Below, one piece after another: positions 10,851 through 20,497 of a stretch of 64,000 nt of DNA (position 1 is the stretch's first letter; the number at the start of each line of letters is the position of its first letter). The position numbers were made by a program, and so were the translations under genes. The notes beneath the pieces were generated by a model, which saw only the letters and a list, made by a program, of their open reading frames with translations, ran no database searches and was not told the origin of the DNA. This DNA is from Opitutales bacterium (GTDB lineage: Bacteria; Verrucomicrobiota; Verrucomicrobiia; Opitutales; UBA2987). Location: assembly GCA_965226885.1 (NCBI GenBank), contig CBDDEL010000016.1:512001-576000 (forward strand), written 5' to 3'.

Positions 10851-11412
10851 GTGGTTAACTCCTTTATATATGGAGAGGAAAAGAAAATAGAGAACACGGA
10901 ACGCTCCAATCGCCTGGTCAACCGCGGACGGGACCTGCGGAAAATCGGCGACCTGCAAGGCTCCCTGCACGATCTCAATGAAGCCGTTCGCATCAATCCC
11001 TATAATACCGCGGCCTACGTGCAAAGAGGCATCACAAGAGCCCAAACAAAGGATTTCGACGGTTCCTATTTCGATTTCGAGAAAGTGCTGGAAATAGATC
11101 CGGGAGATATTACAGCCCTCTTCGGTCGCGCCGTCATGCACGATATTACAGCCCTCTTCGGTCGCGCCGTCATGCACGAGATGAAAAATGACATCAATGG
11201 GGCCATGCAGGATTTTAATACCGTGCTGCGTTTGAAACCCGACCATAACATGGCCACCTTTAAACGTGGAAACCTCAAGCTCGGCCTCGGCCTTTATAAA
11301 GAGGCGATTGAAGATTATACAAAGGTCATCGATCGAAGACCAAACACTACCACTGTTCTCTCGGCCCGGGGGATCGCGAAAATGCAAACCGGAGATCTGA
11401 CTGGCGCCTTAG
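10851..11412 (+). pseudogene. TPR-repeat protein fragment
   Basis: Repeated A(Y/L)xxRG...A..DF..V(L/I) TPR units; 3' end cut by IS1380; in-frame 36-bp duplication at 11106-11177. Confidence 0.8.
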
Positions 11413-12994
11413 CCCGGATATTTCATGAAGGGTAAAGTTTGGCTCGTTATTGCTATTGGAGATGGATTTCTTTGTATTTTGAGCAGATCGTCTTGATTTT
11501 TAGGTGTTTTTCAGGGTGTAGAGACACTGCCCCCTTTCCCCCATTGGTTCGGTAGTGCCGGGGGCAGCACCAATGCACCCTTTAGGTTGGCACCAATTAG
11601 GTTGGCACCAATCGGCGGGCCGCATGGTTGAAAAGACTGGCCCAAGGATAACTCTCACTTAGGTGAAAGTGAATCGTTCGGGTGTTGCGCACGATGACCG
11701 CTCCGATCTTGATTAATTTGAGCCGCAGGGTGTGGCATTGGGCCCGCGCCCACTTCGTCCCTTTTAAGGCTAACCGGCGCATGGCTTCCATCAAGGTGTA
11801 GGCCAGCGCCGACAAGAGCAATCGCCACTGATTGGCCCACCATTGATGGGCGCTGGTGCGCTCGCTGAACAATTGCATCTGTTCCTTGATTCGGTTCTCC
11901 ATTTCACCGCGGCCACAGTATACCTTGTCGTAAAGCTCCTGGGGATCGCCCGGCAGGTTCGTCACCACGAAGCGCGGGTTGGACCCCTGTGCGGTGTGTT
12001 CGGCTTTATGGATGACCAACCGCAGCCATCGCCACGAATCGGCAGCATAGACGAAGTCCTGGAATAACCGTTGTTTTTTACCCCTTAGTTCGAACCATTC
12101 TTTGGCCTGCTTTTGCAACTGCTGGGCGTCTTGCTGCAAGCGTGCATTGCGAGCCATCCCCACGATGTAACTAACTTCGTTGCGGTCGCACCAAGAGAGT
12201 ATCCGGTCTCGACAAAATCCACTGTCGGCGCGCCAAATAATCCGCGTACGGGGCCAGCTTTGGCGAATCCGTTTAACCAGCAATTTGAGGATGGCCCCGG
12301 CATGCTTGCTGGCATCGATCTTGCTCGGCCGCAGGTAGGCCACCAGCAGCTGATCACCGCAAAAAACATATAGCGGCAGAAAACAGTAATGATCATAATA
12401 ACCGTGGAAAAAACGTCCCTCCTGGAGCCCGTGCACCGGATTGTCGGTGGCGTCAAAGTCCAGGATGATCTCTTCGGGTTCCTCGGCAAAGGAGCCCATG
12501 AACTGTTCGACCAACAGCTCGTTTACCGCAAAGGCCGCCCGCCGATCCTGCCCGTTTTCAAAACGACACAAAGTCGGCGCGCTGGCCAACGTTTCAATGC
12601 GCCCCGTTACCGTTTGCAACAATGGATCGTGGCGCAGGGTATCAAAGTCGTTCAAATCCTCATAGCCCGCCACCAGCCCGTAAACGCGCTGCCGCAGCAT
12701 CCCCAATACCTCATGGCGTACTTTGCCCTTCTGCCGTTTGTCCACTAACTGTCGGGCCGCTCGTTCGGTCAAGCCCAACTGCCGATCCACTTCCCGGATC
12801 AAAAGCAGTCCGGCATCCGAAGTAACCTCTCCGCCCTTGAAATCAACCCGCACACGGCGGCCTTTTACCCTTGTCAACTGTAGCTTTAATTGTTTACCTT
12901 TTGTCATCGCTGATATTGCTTTAATTATTGATCTATCCTGCTGTATATCAGCAGTTAAGCATATCAACGATACTTTTTTTACGAAATATCCGGG
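11413..12994 (-). mobile_element. IS1380 isoform B
   Basis: Near-identical to 5774-7340; flanks TTAG / CTAG; 15-bp duplication at 11582-11611. Confidence 0.93.
11597..12907 (-). CDS. IS1380-family transposase, isoform B
   Basis: Intact ORF with IS1380 motifs. Confidence 0.93.
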   Translation of the reverse strand: MTKGKQLKLQLTRVKGRRVRVDFKGGEVTSDAGLLLIREVDRQLGLTERAARQLVDKRQKGKVRHEVLGMLRQRVYGLVAGYEDLNDFDTLRHDPLLQTVTGRIETLASAPTLCRFENGQDRRAAFAVNELLVEQFMGSFAEEPEEIILDFDATDNPVHGLQEGRFFHGYYDHYCFLPLYVFCGDQLLVAYLRPSKIDASKHAGAILKLLVKRIRQSWPRTRIIWRADSGFCRDRILSWCDRNEVSYIVGMARNARLQQDAQQLQKQAKEWFELRGKKQRLFQDFVYAADSWRWLRLVIHKAEHTAQGSNPRFVVTNLPGDPQELYDKVYCGRGEMENRIKEQMQLFSERTSAHQWWANQWRLLLSALAYTLMEAMRRLALKGTKWARAQCHTLRLKLIKIGAVIVRNTRTIHFHLSESYPWASLFNHAARRLVPT

Positions 12995-13199
12995 CTAGGG
13001 GCTAATTAGGGGTAGATGGGTAGGTTTATTCTGATCCGTTGACGGACTCATTGCTATGGTCCCTCTCTCCCAGAGTCAAGCTATTCGCTTTGCTAAGGGA
13101 AAAACTTTTCCCTTATATCGGGGCTGATACCTCTCAGATCGGTAAAACATCTTCCGACAAACACATTTTCAACGTCCTGCACGCTCCATCAACAGAGGA

Positions 13200-13256
13200 G
13201 TCTAACGTCAGTATTGACGGGAGCTTTTAGGCGTACGGCCCAAAGCATAGTTCGAC
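13200..13256 (-). other. Degenerate attC site (57 bp)
   Basis: Minus strand: GTCGAAC 4 nt after the pilin stop, then CGTCAAT-ACTGAC-GTTAGAC. L-box pairing is poor. Confidence 0.6.
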
Positions 13257-13260
13257 TTGT

Positions 13261-13665
13261 TTACTTGGCGGCTGGTCGCTGATTTTCGTGAATACAGACA
13301 TGAGCGATCGACGCGGTATGCTGTCCCTTGCACTGGAGGTGGTATTTCAGGTTGCCACTCTTAACGCTCCAGTCGTAAGGGCCGTCAATGGGGCATTCGT
13401 AGGGCTGGTTGAGAAAGCCTTGCGTCACCATGTCATTGATTTGGTCAGGATATAGTCCTTTGGGGAAAGCGTATAGTTCCAGCGCGTCTTGGTAGATTCT
13501 CAAGTTGTTGAGGCAAACGTTAAGTTGTGAAGTCTGACGTATTTTTTGAAAAGCGATCATGGCCATAGCGGCGAGCAGGCCAATGATCACCACAACAATC
13601 ATGATTTCCACAAGAGTGAATGCGGTTGTTCTGGACGCGCGGTATTTGGATCCAATGTGCTTCAT
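13261..13665 (-). CDS. Prepilin-type (type IV pilin/pseudopilin) protein
   Basis: AFTLVEIMIVVVIIGLLAAMA motif; CLNNLR and CPIDGPY motifs; Cys-rich C-terminus. Confidence 0.88.
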   Translation of the reverse strand: MKHIGSKYRASRTTAFTLVEIMIVVVIIGLLAAMAMIAFQKIRQTSQLNVCLNNLRIYQDALELYAFPKGLYPDQINDMVTQGFLNQPYECPIDGPYDWSVKSGNLKYHLQCKGQHTASIAHVCIHENQRPAAK

Positions 13666-13785
13666 GCTTTAATTAAGACAATACGGATGGCATGATTTCC
13701 CGCAAATTGAGATTCTCGTATTTGACGTGTACTGGATTTGTTGGACACGGGATTCTCTTATATTCATTGTTTATTGATTAGTGTG

Positions 13786-14703
13786 TCAGGCGGCTTGTTT
13801 TGGTAAAGGGTTTTGTTTTCTCGTTGCCCCCCATGGGGGGCAAATATTTTCCTCGAATTGGACTGGGCTTTGGTAACTCAGAGAGGAATGTTTGCGATAT
13901 CGGTTGTAGAAGATTTCCACGTATTCGAAGACAGTTGATCGCAGTTCGCGCTCGTCGGCAAAGTGGCGGCCTCGAATCGTGCTGGTCTTGAAGCGGCCGT
14001 AGAACGATTCCATGGCCGCGTTGTCGTAGCAGTTGCCTTGGGCGCTCATGCTCGGCTTCATGCCTAGTTCAGAGACCAGCCTCTGATAGTCGTCGCTGGC
14101 GTAGGGGCTGCCCCGATCGCTGTGATGAATAATCCCGGTGCGCAGTGTGCCGCGGGTCATGGCCGCGGCTTTGAGGGCCTTGCCAACCAGCTTCGCGTCG
14201 TTGTGGTTGGAAACGCTCCAGCCCAGCAGGCGTCGGCTGAACAGGTCCATCACCGTGGCCAAGTACATCCAACCGGCCAGGGTCCGTAGGTAGGTCGTGT
14301 CCGCCACCCAGACCTCGTCGATATGGGTCGGCTGGCCATGCTTTTTAAGCACATTGGGGCTGTAACCATAGGGATGGTTACTGTTGGTTTTTAATGGCTT
14401 AAAGCGTTTACTCTGGGTGCTTTTGATTCCCATTTCACGCATCAGACGCAGAGCCCGGTCACGGCCGCAATCGATGCCCTCATCATCCTTCAGATGGCGG
14501 TGCATTGGCCGATGCCCATAGCGGCCCTTGGCCTCTTTGTGTACCTTCAGGATCGCCCCCTTGATTCCCTCGTCCTCGATCCGCCGGGCCGAGGGCGCTC
14601 GGTGCCTCCAGCAGTAATAGCCACTGCGACAAATCCCCATCGCCGAGCATATTTCCTCGATCTTGAAGCGCCCCTCGTTGTCTTTGACAAACTGGTACTT
14701 CAT
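13786..14703 (-). CDS. IS3 OrfB (integrase-core DDE)
   Basis: WVADTTY, HHSDRGSPY, GNCYDNAAMESF; its ATG overlaps the OrfA stop (ATGA). Confidence 0.93.
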   Translation of the reverse strand: MKYQFVKDNEGRFKIEEICSAMGICRSGYYCWRHRAPSARRIEDEGIKGAILKVHKEAKGRYGHRPMHRHLKDDEGIDCGRDRALRLMREMGIKSTQSKRFKPLKTNSNHPYGYSPNVLKKHGQPTHIDEVWVADTTYLRTLAGWMYLATVMDLFSRRLLGWSVSNHNDAKLVGKALKAAAMTRGTLRTGIIHHSDRGSPYASDDYQRLVSELGMKPSMSAQGNCYDNAAMESFYGRFKTSTIRGRHFADERELRSTVFEYVEIFYNRYRKHSSLSYQSPVQFEENICPPWGATRKQNPLPKQAA

Positions 14704-15008
14704 TGTTCGTCCTTGGCAAAGTAGCCCACCGTTTTTTTTAGTATCTGGTTGATCCGCTCCGAGCGGCGCAGCTCTTTGCGAAGACGATCTATCTCGGCCG
14801 CCATCTCCTTCGGACTGCTCTGTCGCTTTGAGGTGGCTTCGCCCTGCTGATCGTCCAGATAGAGCCTCTTCCACCTATACAATTGGTTGGTGTTGACCCC
14901 AAGTTTGGTCGATACCTCGGTGGCGCTCAGACCATCGAGTATCATCAGTTGAACTGCCTCATTTTTGAACTCTATACTGCGTCTTCTTCCCATGCTTCGA
15001 TTCTCCAT
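14700..15008 (-). CDS. IS3 OrfA (HTH)
   Basis: EFKNEAVQL...LGVNTNQLYRW; ends ILKKTVGYFAK. Confidence 0.92.
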   Translation of the reverse strand: MENRSMGRRRSIEFKNEAVQLMILDGLSATEVSTKLGVNTNQLYRWKRLYLDDQQGEATSKRQSSPKEMAAEIDRLRKELRRSERINQILKKTVGYFAKDEQ

Positions 15009-15054
15009 TTAGGAGAATCTCGTGTCCACTTTTTCCAGTGCACATCATATTTGA

Positions 15055-15091
15055 GTCGAACTACTATATGTATGCGGCAAATACGCCGCCT
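15055..15091 (-). other. Integron core site (attI-like or truncated attC) upstream of the pilin cassette
   Basis: Minus strand ...GCGGCGTATTTGCCGCATACATATAGTA-GTTCGAC; the core is exactly complementary to GTCGAAC after the pilin gene. Confidence 0.5.
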
Positions 15092-15198
15092 ATTAAATTA
15101 AGGCTATTGAAAGATTCGGCAGGGGAATATTAGCTGCAAAAGGCTCAAAGGAAGATAAGTCGACCTGTTTCAGGGTAAAGTTAGCGCCAATATTTATG

Positions 15199-15300
15199 AA
15201 ACCGCAGATTTGAGGATATCGCTTCGCTCGGTACACAGATAAACGCTGATGGGGAGGGTAATTATTGGGTGTTAATTAACGAATATCTGTGTTTATCCGT
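15199..15300. repeat. Inverted pair of ~10-nt-unit repeats
   Basis: AACCGCAGAT...TACACAGATAAACGCTGAT followed by ATCTGTGTTTATCCGT. Confidence 0.5.
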
Positions 15301-15379
15301 TTTTTTGGGGTGAAAATGGGGGAAAAATGAATTTTTTTTCATGTTTATTCAAACGCATCAAACGGAGCCAACGTATCTA

Positions 15380-15408
15380 TTGCAAGTTTTCAGGATTTAT
15401 GTTATAGT
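15380..15408 (+). promoter_or_regulatory. Putative sigma70 promoter
   Basis: TTGCAA-17 nt-TATAGT with extended -10 TG. Confidence 0.45.
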
Positions 15409-15526
15409 GTCGGCTCAACACTGATTTATCAACCTGACCCCGAAAACTATGAAGAAATTTTGTGAATTTAAATTATGCTCTACCGAAACTGATGTGAAAA
15501 TTCTGTCAAAGAAGCCATTTGAAGCA

Positions 15527-15554
15527 TTGACAGGGGTGGAATGTTGCCTAGGTT
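15527..15554 (+). promoter_or_regulatory. Putative sigma70 promoter for rho
   Basis: TTGACA-16 nt-TAGGTT, about 175 nt before the rho ATG. Confidence 0.4.
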
Positions 15555-15729
15555 GGGATGAACTTGCCTTGTATAAGCCGCCTCAATTACCTGATTGAAG
15601 CCAGCCCAAGGCGAATTGCAGGAGGTTTAGGGTTTCTAGAGAAAAGCCTGTCCTCTACACTCACGGATTATTCCGGTCTTTCCGATTTTCCAATATATTT
15701 TCATTACATTTCTTTTCATTTTATTGCGA

Positions 15730-16860
15730 ATGCAAAAAAACGATACATCGCCCCAGGAGGAGCTTGTTGAAGGCATCCTGGAGCCCCAGCCAAATAAAGC
15801 GGGCCAGCTGATCAATCCGGCCCGCAATGGCCGCATGCGCCCTGACGACCCCTTTGTGCCCAGAGAATTGATCCGCCGTTTTAAAATTAACAAGGGCAGT
15901 TGGATATGCGCCAAGGCGCACCGGGACCCCCGTTTTCCCAATCCCAAGGTGCGCTACGTGGATACCATCGACGGTTATCCGGTGGACCAGCGAAAACGGG
16001 AAATCCCATTTTCGCAGTTGACCACCATAACCCCGGATGAATGGCTGCAACTGGAAACCAAGGACGGGGCCATGACGGTGCGGGCGATTGATATGTTTTG
16101 CCCCATCGGCAAGGGGCAGCGGGGTCTCATCGTGGCGCCCCCGCGGACTGGAAAAACCATTATCCTGCGCGATATTGCCTTGGGTGTGCTTGAAAACCAT
16201 CCGGAATGCCATGTCATGATCCTGCTGGTGGATGAGCGCCCGGAGGAAGTCACCGACCTGAAGCGGAGCGTACCCTGCGAAGTCTTCGCCTCCTCCAACG
16301 ACGAGGAAGTAATCAATCATTTGCGTATAGCCGATCTGGCCATCGAGCGGGCCAAAAGATTGGTCGAGGTGGGCAAAGACGTGGTCGTGCTGCTGGATTC
16401 GCTGACCCGGCTGGCCCGCGCCCACAACTCGGCCCGAGGTACCAGCGGGCGCACCATGACGGGTGGGCTGGACATTCGCGCACTGGAGAAACCGCGTCAA
16501 CTGTTCTCGGCGGCTCGCAATACGGAGGAAGCGGGCAGCTTGACCATTATGGCCTCGGCCCTTGTGGAAACGGGCAGCCGCATGGACGACCTGATTTTCC
16601 AGGAATTCAAAGGAACCGGCAACATGGAAATGGTCCTCGACCGCAAAGTGGCCGAACTGCGGATTTGGCCCGCCATGAATATCTCTTCTTCCGGAACCCG
16701 GCGGGAAGAACTCCTCCTGGAGCCTAAAATGCTGGATCGCTGCCATTTCTTTCGACGCGCGTTGGCCGGCATGAAGGTGGATGATGCGGCGGAAACAGCC
16801 ATCACACGTCTGGGGAAAACCAAAAACAACGCGGAGTTTCTGAATCTGATTAACCTCTAG
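15730..16860 (+). CDS. rho: Transcription termination factor Rho (short form)
   Basis: PIGKGQRGLIVAPPRTGKT, LLVDERPEEV, LDSLTRLARA, FKGTGNME, SGTRREELL. Confidence 0.95.
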   Translation: MQKNDTSPQEELVEGILEPQPNKAGQLINPARNGRMRPDDPFVPRELIRRFKINKGSWICAKAHRDPRFPNPKVRYVDTIDGYPVDQRKREIPFSQLTTITPDEWLQLETKDGAMTVRAIDMFCPIGKGQRGLIVAPPRTGKTIILRDIALGVLENHPECHVMILLVDERPEEVTDLKRSVPCEVFASSNDEEVINHLRIADLAIERAKRLVEVGKDVVVLLDSLTRLARAHNSARGTSGRTMTGGLDIRALEKPRQLFSAARNTEEAGSLTIMASALVETGSRMDDLIFQEFKGTGNMEMVLDRKVAELRIWPAMNISSSGTRREELLLEPKMLDRCHFFRRALAGMKVDDAAETAITRLGKTKNNAEFLNLINL

Positions 16861-17034
16861 GAGCATAGCATCATACCGCAAACATGGGCAATGCAGTAAC
16901 CAAAATATAAGGATATGGACGAGAAAAGATCAGAGAAGGAACGGTGGGGTATCCGCAAAAGACCCCGGAAATTTTTTTTTATTTTATTAGTGCATTTTCA
17001 TTTGTAAGCACTAACTTGCCTTTTTTCTTTTTGC

Positions 17035-18798
17035 ATGCATAATTTTGCTGATCAGTGTCTGGACATGGCCCGCACAATGTTGGGTCAAAATCTTGGCGCA
17101 ATCAACGAGGACGGTTCCATATCGCCAGTTGAGGGCGAAAACCCGCGCTTGGATGAGCCCGGACATGCCGCTTTGGCTATAGGGGAATACCACCGCTTGA
17201 CGGGCGATACGCAGTTGGAGGATTTCGACCTGGTCGATCTGGCCGCCCGCACCATAACGGCCCAGGTTTTCACGGAAGAAAGCCAGGAAAACGGTCTGGC
17301 CTATACCGCCCTGGGGCTACTCTCCTTCGGGCCCTCCAAGGACCGCAACCCGGTTTGGGAACGACTACTCGACCCAACGCGGGAAAAACTGGACCATCGC
17401 CTACTGGCCCGCACCGATTACGATAACCACATGCAAGCCTTTAATGTGGCCAAGGCGGTTGCAAGGTTCAGCATGGGCCTTTCCAAAAAAGATGAAACAG
17501 GCCGCCTGATCGATCGATTTATCGAGCGAATCAAGACCAATAGTTCGGCCAATTACGCGGACGACGGCCCCGAGGAAGGAATGGGCGGCGTATTCGATAT
17601 TTACGGTATTTTGAGCTTCGTATTCATCCGCCAGGCCTTACAACTGCACTCCAACATGCACCTGAGGGAAAGAAAACTGCCTAGTTTGCGAACGTTCGCG
17701 GAAAAATATATCCGCATGATGCCGGACATCGTGCGGCAGGATGGCATGGGCTGGATTTACGGCCGGGGCATCGGCGCTTACGGTCAAATGCACTGCATCA
17801 GCCTATTACTCCAGGGTATGAGAGACGGTTGGATTACCGATGACAAGAAACCAATGTATTGTGACATACTGCGTCGATTATTTCAGTTTTTCTTCTTAAC
17901 TTATCTGGACCAGGAAAACGGAAATATGGTGGTAAGGGACGCAGAGCGTGACACGACTGATGCGCATACTACACGCATGGCCAATTTTGACGGCGCCCGC
18001 TACCTCTGCCAATGGGCTAGACTGGCCCGATCCATCGGCGGCGCCATGACTTCTGAAGCGTCTCTCACCCGAACTAGTGGACGGTTCGTCATTTTCGATA
18101 AAAGCAATCGCAAGGAACAGGGGCTATTTATTTATCAGGATACCGATAGCGGATTGCACATCCAACTGCCTTTGGTCGGGGCTGGTTCCCAGATTTCGTC
18201 CAATTCATTGTCCTTTCCGCATTGCCCTGGGGTGTTCGACTGGCCCTCCAACCACTACCTGCCGGTCATGATGCCGGAATTGACATTCGGCGACAAAGTC
18301 ATTGTGCCCTCCTATTATGGAAAAAAATGCGTTACTGGGCTAGGCCTTAGGCGCTCATTCTACTTCAGATACCAGCAGCCCGAGTTGATTACGAAGGAGG
18401 GAAAAATAGTGCCTGGCTTGGGCAGTGTTAATGTTTCCTGGACCTTTGCCGGCAACAAAGTGATTAGCGATTTCATTTTCCGGGTAAAAAACAGGGTGCA
18501 AATGGACCAGATGCGCTATGTTCTGGTCATTGGAGCACCCCACTCCAACTACCGGATTGGCACAACCTATACTTTGGGTGCTGAGGGTTTGCGCTGCCAA
18601 GTGCTCAATGACGATTTTCAGGCCATTTGGGAAAATACCGAAGTTGTTACCAATGAGCCGCAATTTAAAACTATTTACGGCAATATCCACTACTTGCAAA
18701 CTTTTTCCCGCGACCACGCGCTCATCATGCGTCCCGGACAGCAATACCGTTTAACCGTCACTTTCGAGCCTGATATCATTTTCGCATTCGCAGAGTAG
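17035..18798 (+). CDS. Hypothetical protein (587 aa), possibly alpha/alpha-toroid plus beta-sandwich
   Basis: Long clean ORF; helical N-half with FDIYG and WIYGRG motifs, beta-rich C-half; no signal peptide. Confidence 0.75.
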   Translation: MHNFADQCLDMARTMLGQNLGAINEDGSISPVEGENPRLDEPGHAALAIGEYHRLTGDTQLEDFDLVDLAARTITAQVFTEESQENGLAYTALGLLSFGPSKDRNPVWERLLDPTREKLDHRLLARTDYDNHMQAFNVAKAVARFSMGLSKKDETGRLIDRFIERIKTNSSANYADDGPEEGMGGVFDIYGILSFVFIRQALQLHSNMHLRERKLPSLRTFAEKYIRMMPDIVRQDGMGWIYGRGIGAYGQMHCISLLLQGMRDGWITDDKKPMYCDILRRLFQFFFLTYLDQENGNMVVRDAERDTTDAHTTRMANFDGARYLCQWARLARSIGGAMTSEASLTRTSGRFVIFDKSNRKEQGLFIYQDTDSGLHIQLPLVGAGSQISSNSLSFPHCPGVFDWPSNHYLPVMMPELTFGDKVIVPSYYGKKCVTGLGLRRSFYFRYQQPELITKEGKIVPGLGSVNVSWTFAGNKVISDFIFRVKNRVQMDQMRYVLVIGAPHSNYRIGTTYTLGAEGLRCQVLNDDFQAIWENTEVVTNEPQFKTIYGNIHYLQTFSRDHALIMRPGQQYRLTVTFEPDIIFAFAE

Positions 18799-18881
18799 TA
18801 GGCAATCAATGGCCCCGGCAGCCTCACCTTAGGGCAGTGGAAAGAGAACTCGATTGGCCACAAATTTATAGCCTATTCAAA

Positions 18882-19643
18882 ATGCTTTCCATACGCATCA
18901 TTCCATGCCTCGACGTAACCGCGGGTAGGGTCGTCAAAGGCATCCGCTTTAAACAGTTGCGCGATGCCGGCGATCCTGTGGAAATTGCCGCCGCTTATGA
19001 AAAACAAGGTGCCGACGAGCTAGTCTTTCTGGATATTACGGCTTCTAGCGATGGGCGGCAAATCATGCGAAAAGTGGTCGAGGCGACCGCTGCCCAATGC
19101 TTCATGCCGCTAACCGTGGGAGGAGGTTTGCGAAACCTGGAAGACATCCGGCAGATGCTAAATTCGGGGGCCGACAGGGTCAGTCTCAATACAGCGGCCG
19201 TAGACAACCCGGACCTTGTTTTACAAGCGGCCCAAAAATTTGGGAACCAATGCATTGTTCTTGCCATTGATGCTAAAAGAAACCCCGATGGGAAAAGCTG
19301 GCAGGTTTATACTCACGGCGGCCGCAATCGCACTACGATTGACGCCGTGGAATGGGCGCAAAAACTTTGTCGTCTTGGGGCGGGGGAAATTCTTCTCACC
19401 AGCATGGATCGGGATGGAACCTGCAAGGGCTATGATATCGAGCTGACCAGGAGAATCAGCGATGCGATCGAGGCTCCGGTTATCGCCTCTGGAGGGGCGG
19501 GCAATCTCGATCACTTGGCCGAAGTTCTGAAAGAAGGCAGGGCGAGCGCCGTTTTGGCGGCATCTATTTTCCATTTCGGAGAATATAAAATCATTGAGGC
19601 TAAACGAAGATTAGCCAAGGTAGGAATACCGGTCAGACTGTGA
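18882..19643 (+). CDS. hisF: Imidazole glycerol phosphate synthase cyclase subunit
   Basis: [50 protein letters not shown]. Confidence 0.97.
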   Translation: MLSIRIIPCLDVTAGRVVKGIRFKQLRDAGDPVEIAAAYEKQGADELVFLDITASSDGRQIMRKVVEATAAQCFMPLTVGGGLRNLEDIRQMLNSGADRVSLNTAAVDNPDLVLQAAQKFGNQCIVLAIDAKRNPDGKSWQVYTHGGRNRTTIDAVEWAQKLCRLGAGEILLTSMDRDGTCKGYDIELTRRISDAIEAPVIASGGAGNLDHLAEVLKEGRASAVLAASIFHFGEYKIIEAKRRLAKVGIPVRL

Positions 19644-19691
19644 TTGGAATTCGCCTCTTCATCCATCTCTGGTTTGAGAAGGCTCTCAGTT

Positions 19692-19961
19692 TTATTTATA
19701 CACCTGCAAATATTGCATGGCCTTGTCGTAACTGCGGCGAGCGAGAAAATGAGCCAATTGGGGTTCGAGGCCGTTACGGTGCTCCTGCAGCCAAGCATCG
19801 ATCGACTGAATCACATTTACCAAACCTGTGCCCTGTTCTTCCGACAAAGAATGGAGGAGTTCCTTCAATCGTTTCAATGGAGGTGTTTCCGATGTCACAA
19901 GGCAGATTCGATGAATATTACGATAAAAATTTATTATGAACAGTTCCCGGCCATAAAGCAA
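19692..19961 (-). CDS. Small helical hypothetical protein (true start probably further downstream)
   Basis: Protein-like C-terminus LEPQLAHFLARRSYDKAMQYL. Confidence 0.5.
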   Translation of the reverse strand: MLYGRELFIINFYRNIHRICLVTSETPPLKRLKELLHSLSEEQGTGLVNVIQSIDAWLQEHRNGLEPQLAHFLARRSYDKAMQYLQVYK

Positions 19962-19965
19962 GGTT

Positions 19966-20425
19966 TTAAGAAAAATAACGGTTAATAAAATTGATGGATT
20001 CGACAGCTAATTCCTGAAAATTAAACAGCAAACGATCATGGATAAGCAATACAAAATCGTACCGCTCATCACCTATCAAATCCATGACGACGATTTCGCG
20101 CGGTTTGTTGTAACGAAAACCGAAATTCGAATTGAGAGGATCGAAAGCAAAAGCGTCCCGGTTTTTCATAAATGTTTTCAACACGGTCAAGGGTATGGCA
20201 GAGGAAAGTCCTTCCGGCCCTCCCCTCCCTTGATTTCAAGAGGGCCGGATCCAGCTCCGGGCTGCTGGCCACAATGCGTACGTTCTCGAAAGACACTTTC
20301 AACAAATCGTGAATGGTTTTTTCAAAAAGTGTGATCGCTATTTCTTGCTCGCCACGATAACGTGATCGTTGATCACCAAATATCCTGAAAGGTGAATGAG
20401 AAATCGAGAACCCAGGCCGGACCAC
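19966..20425 (-). pseudogene. Frameshifted gene remnant, FG-GAP/VCBS-like C-terminus
   Basis: Two overlapping frames; ends PREIVVMDLIGDERYDFVLLIHDRLL. Confidence 0.4.
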
Positions 20426-20497
20426 GTGCTAATTTAAATGACGGTCTCTCCATTGGCATCAACCTGTTCTTTGAGCGATTCCACCTACGGAGATAGC

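Larger units (their letters stand above)
13723..15047 (-). mobile_element. IS3-family element, type A
   Basis: TG...CA ends (TGATGTGCACTGG / CCAGTACACGTCA); 4-bp TSD TATT. Confidence 0.95.

Noticed and set aside
8464..12998. Composite transposon of two IS1380 carrying the TPR fragment, suggested by matching outer CTAG flanks
   Set aside because: The hairpin left of the first IS continues right after it (10841-10852), showing a simple insertion. CTAG is the preferred target, so the match is expected by chance.
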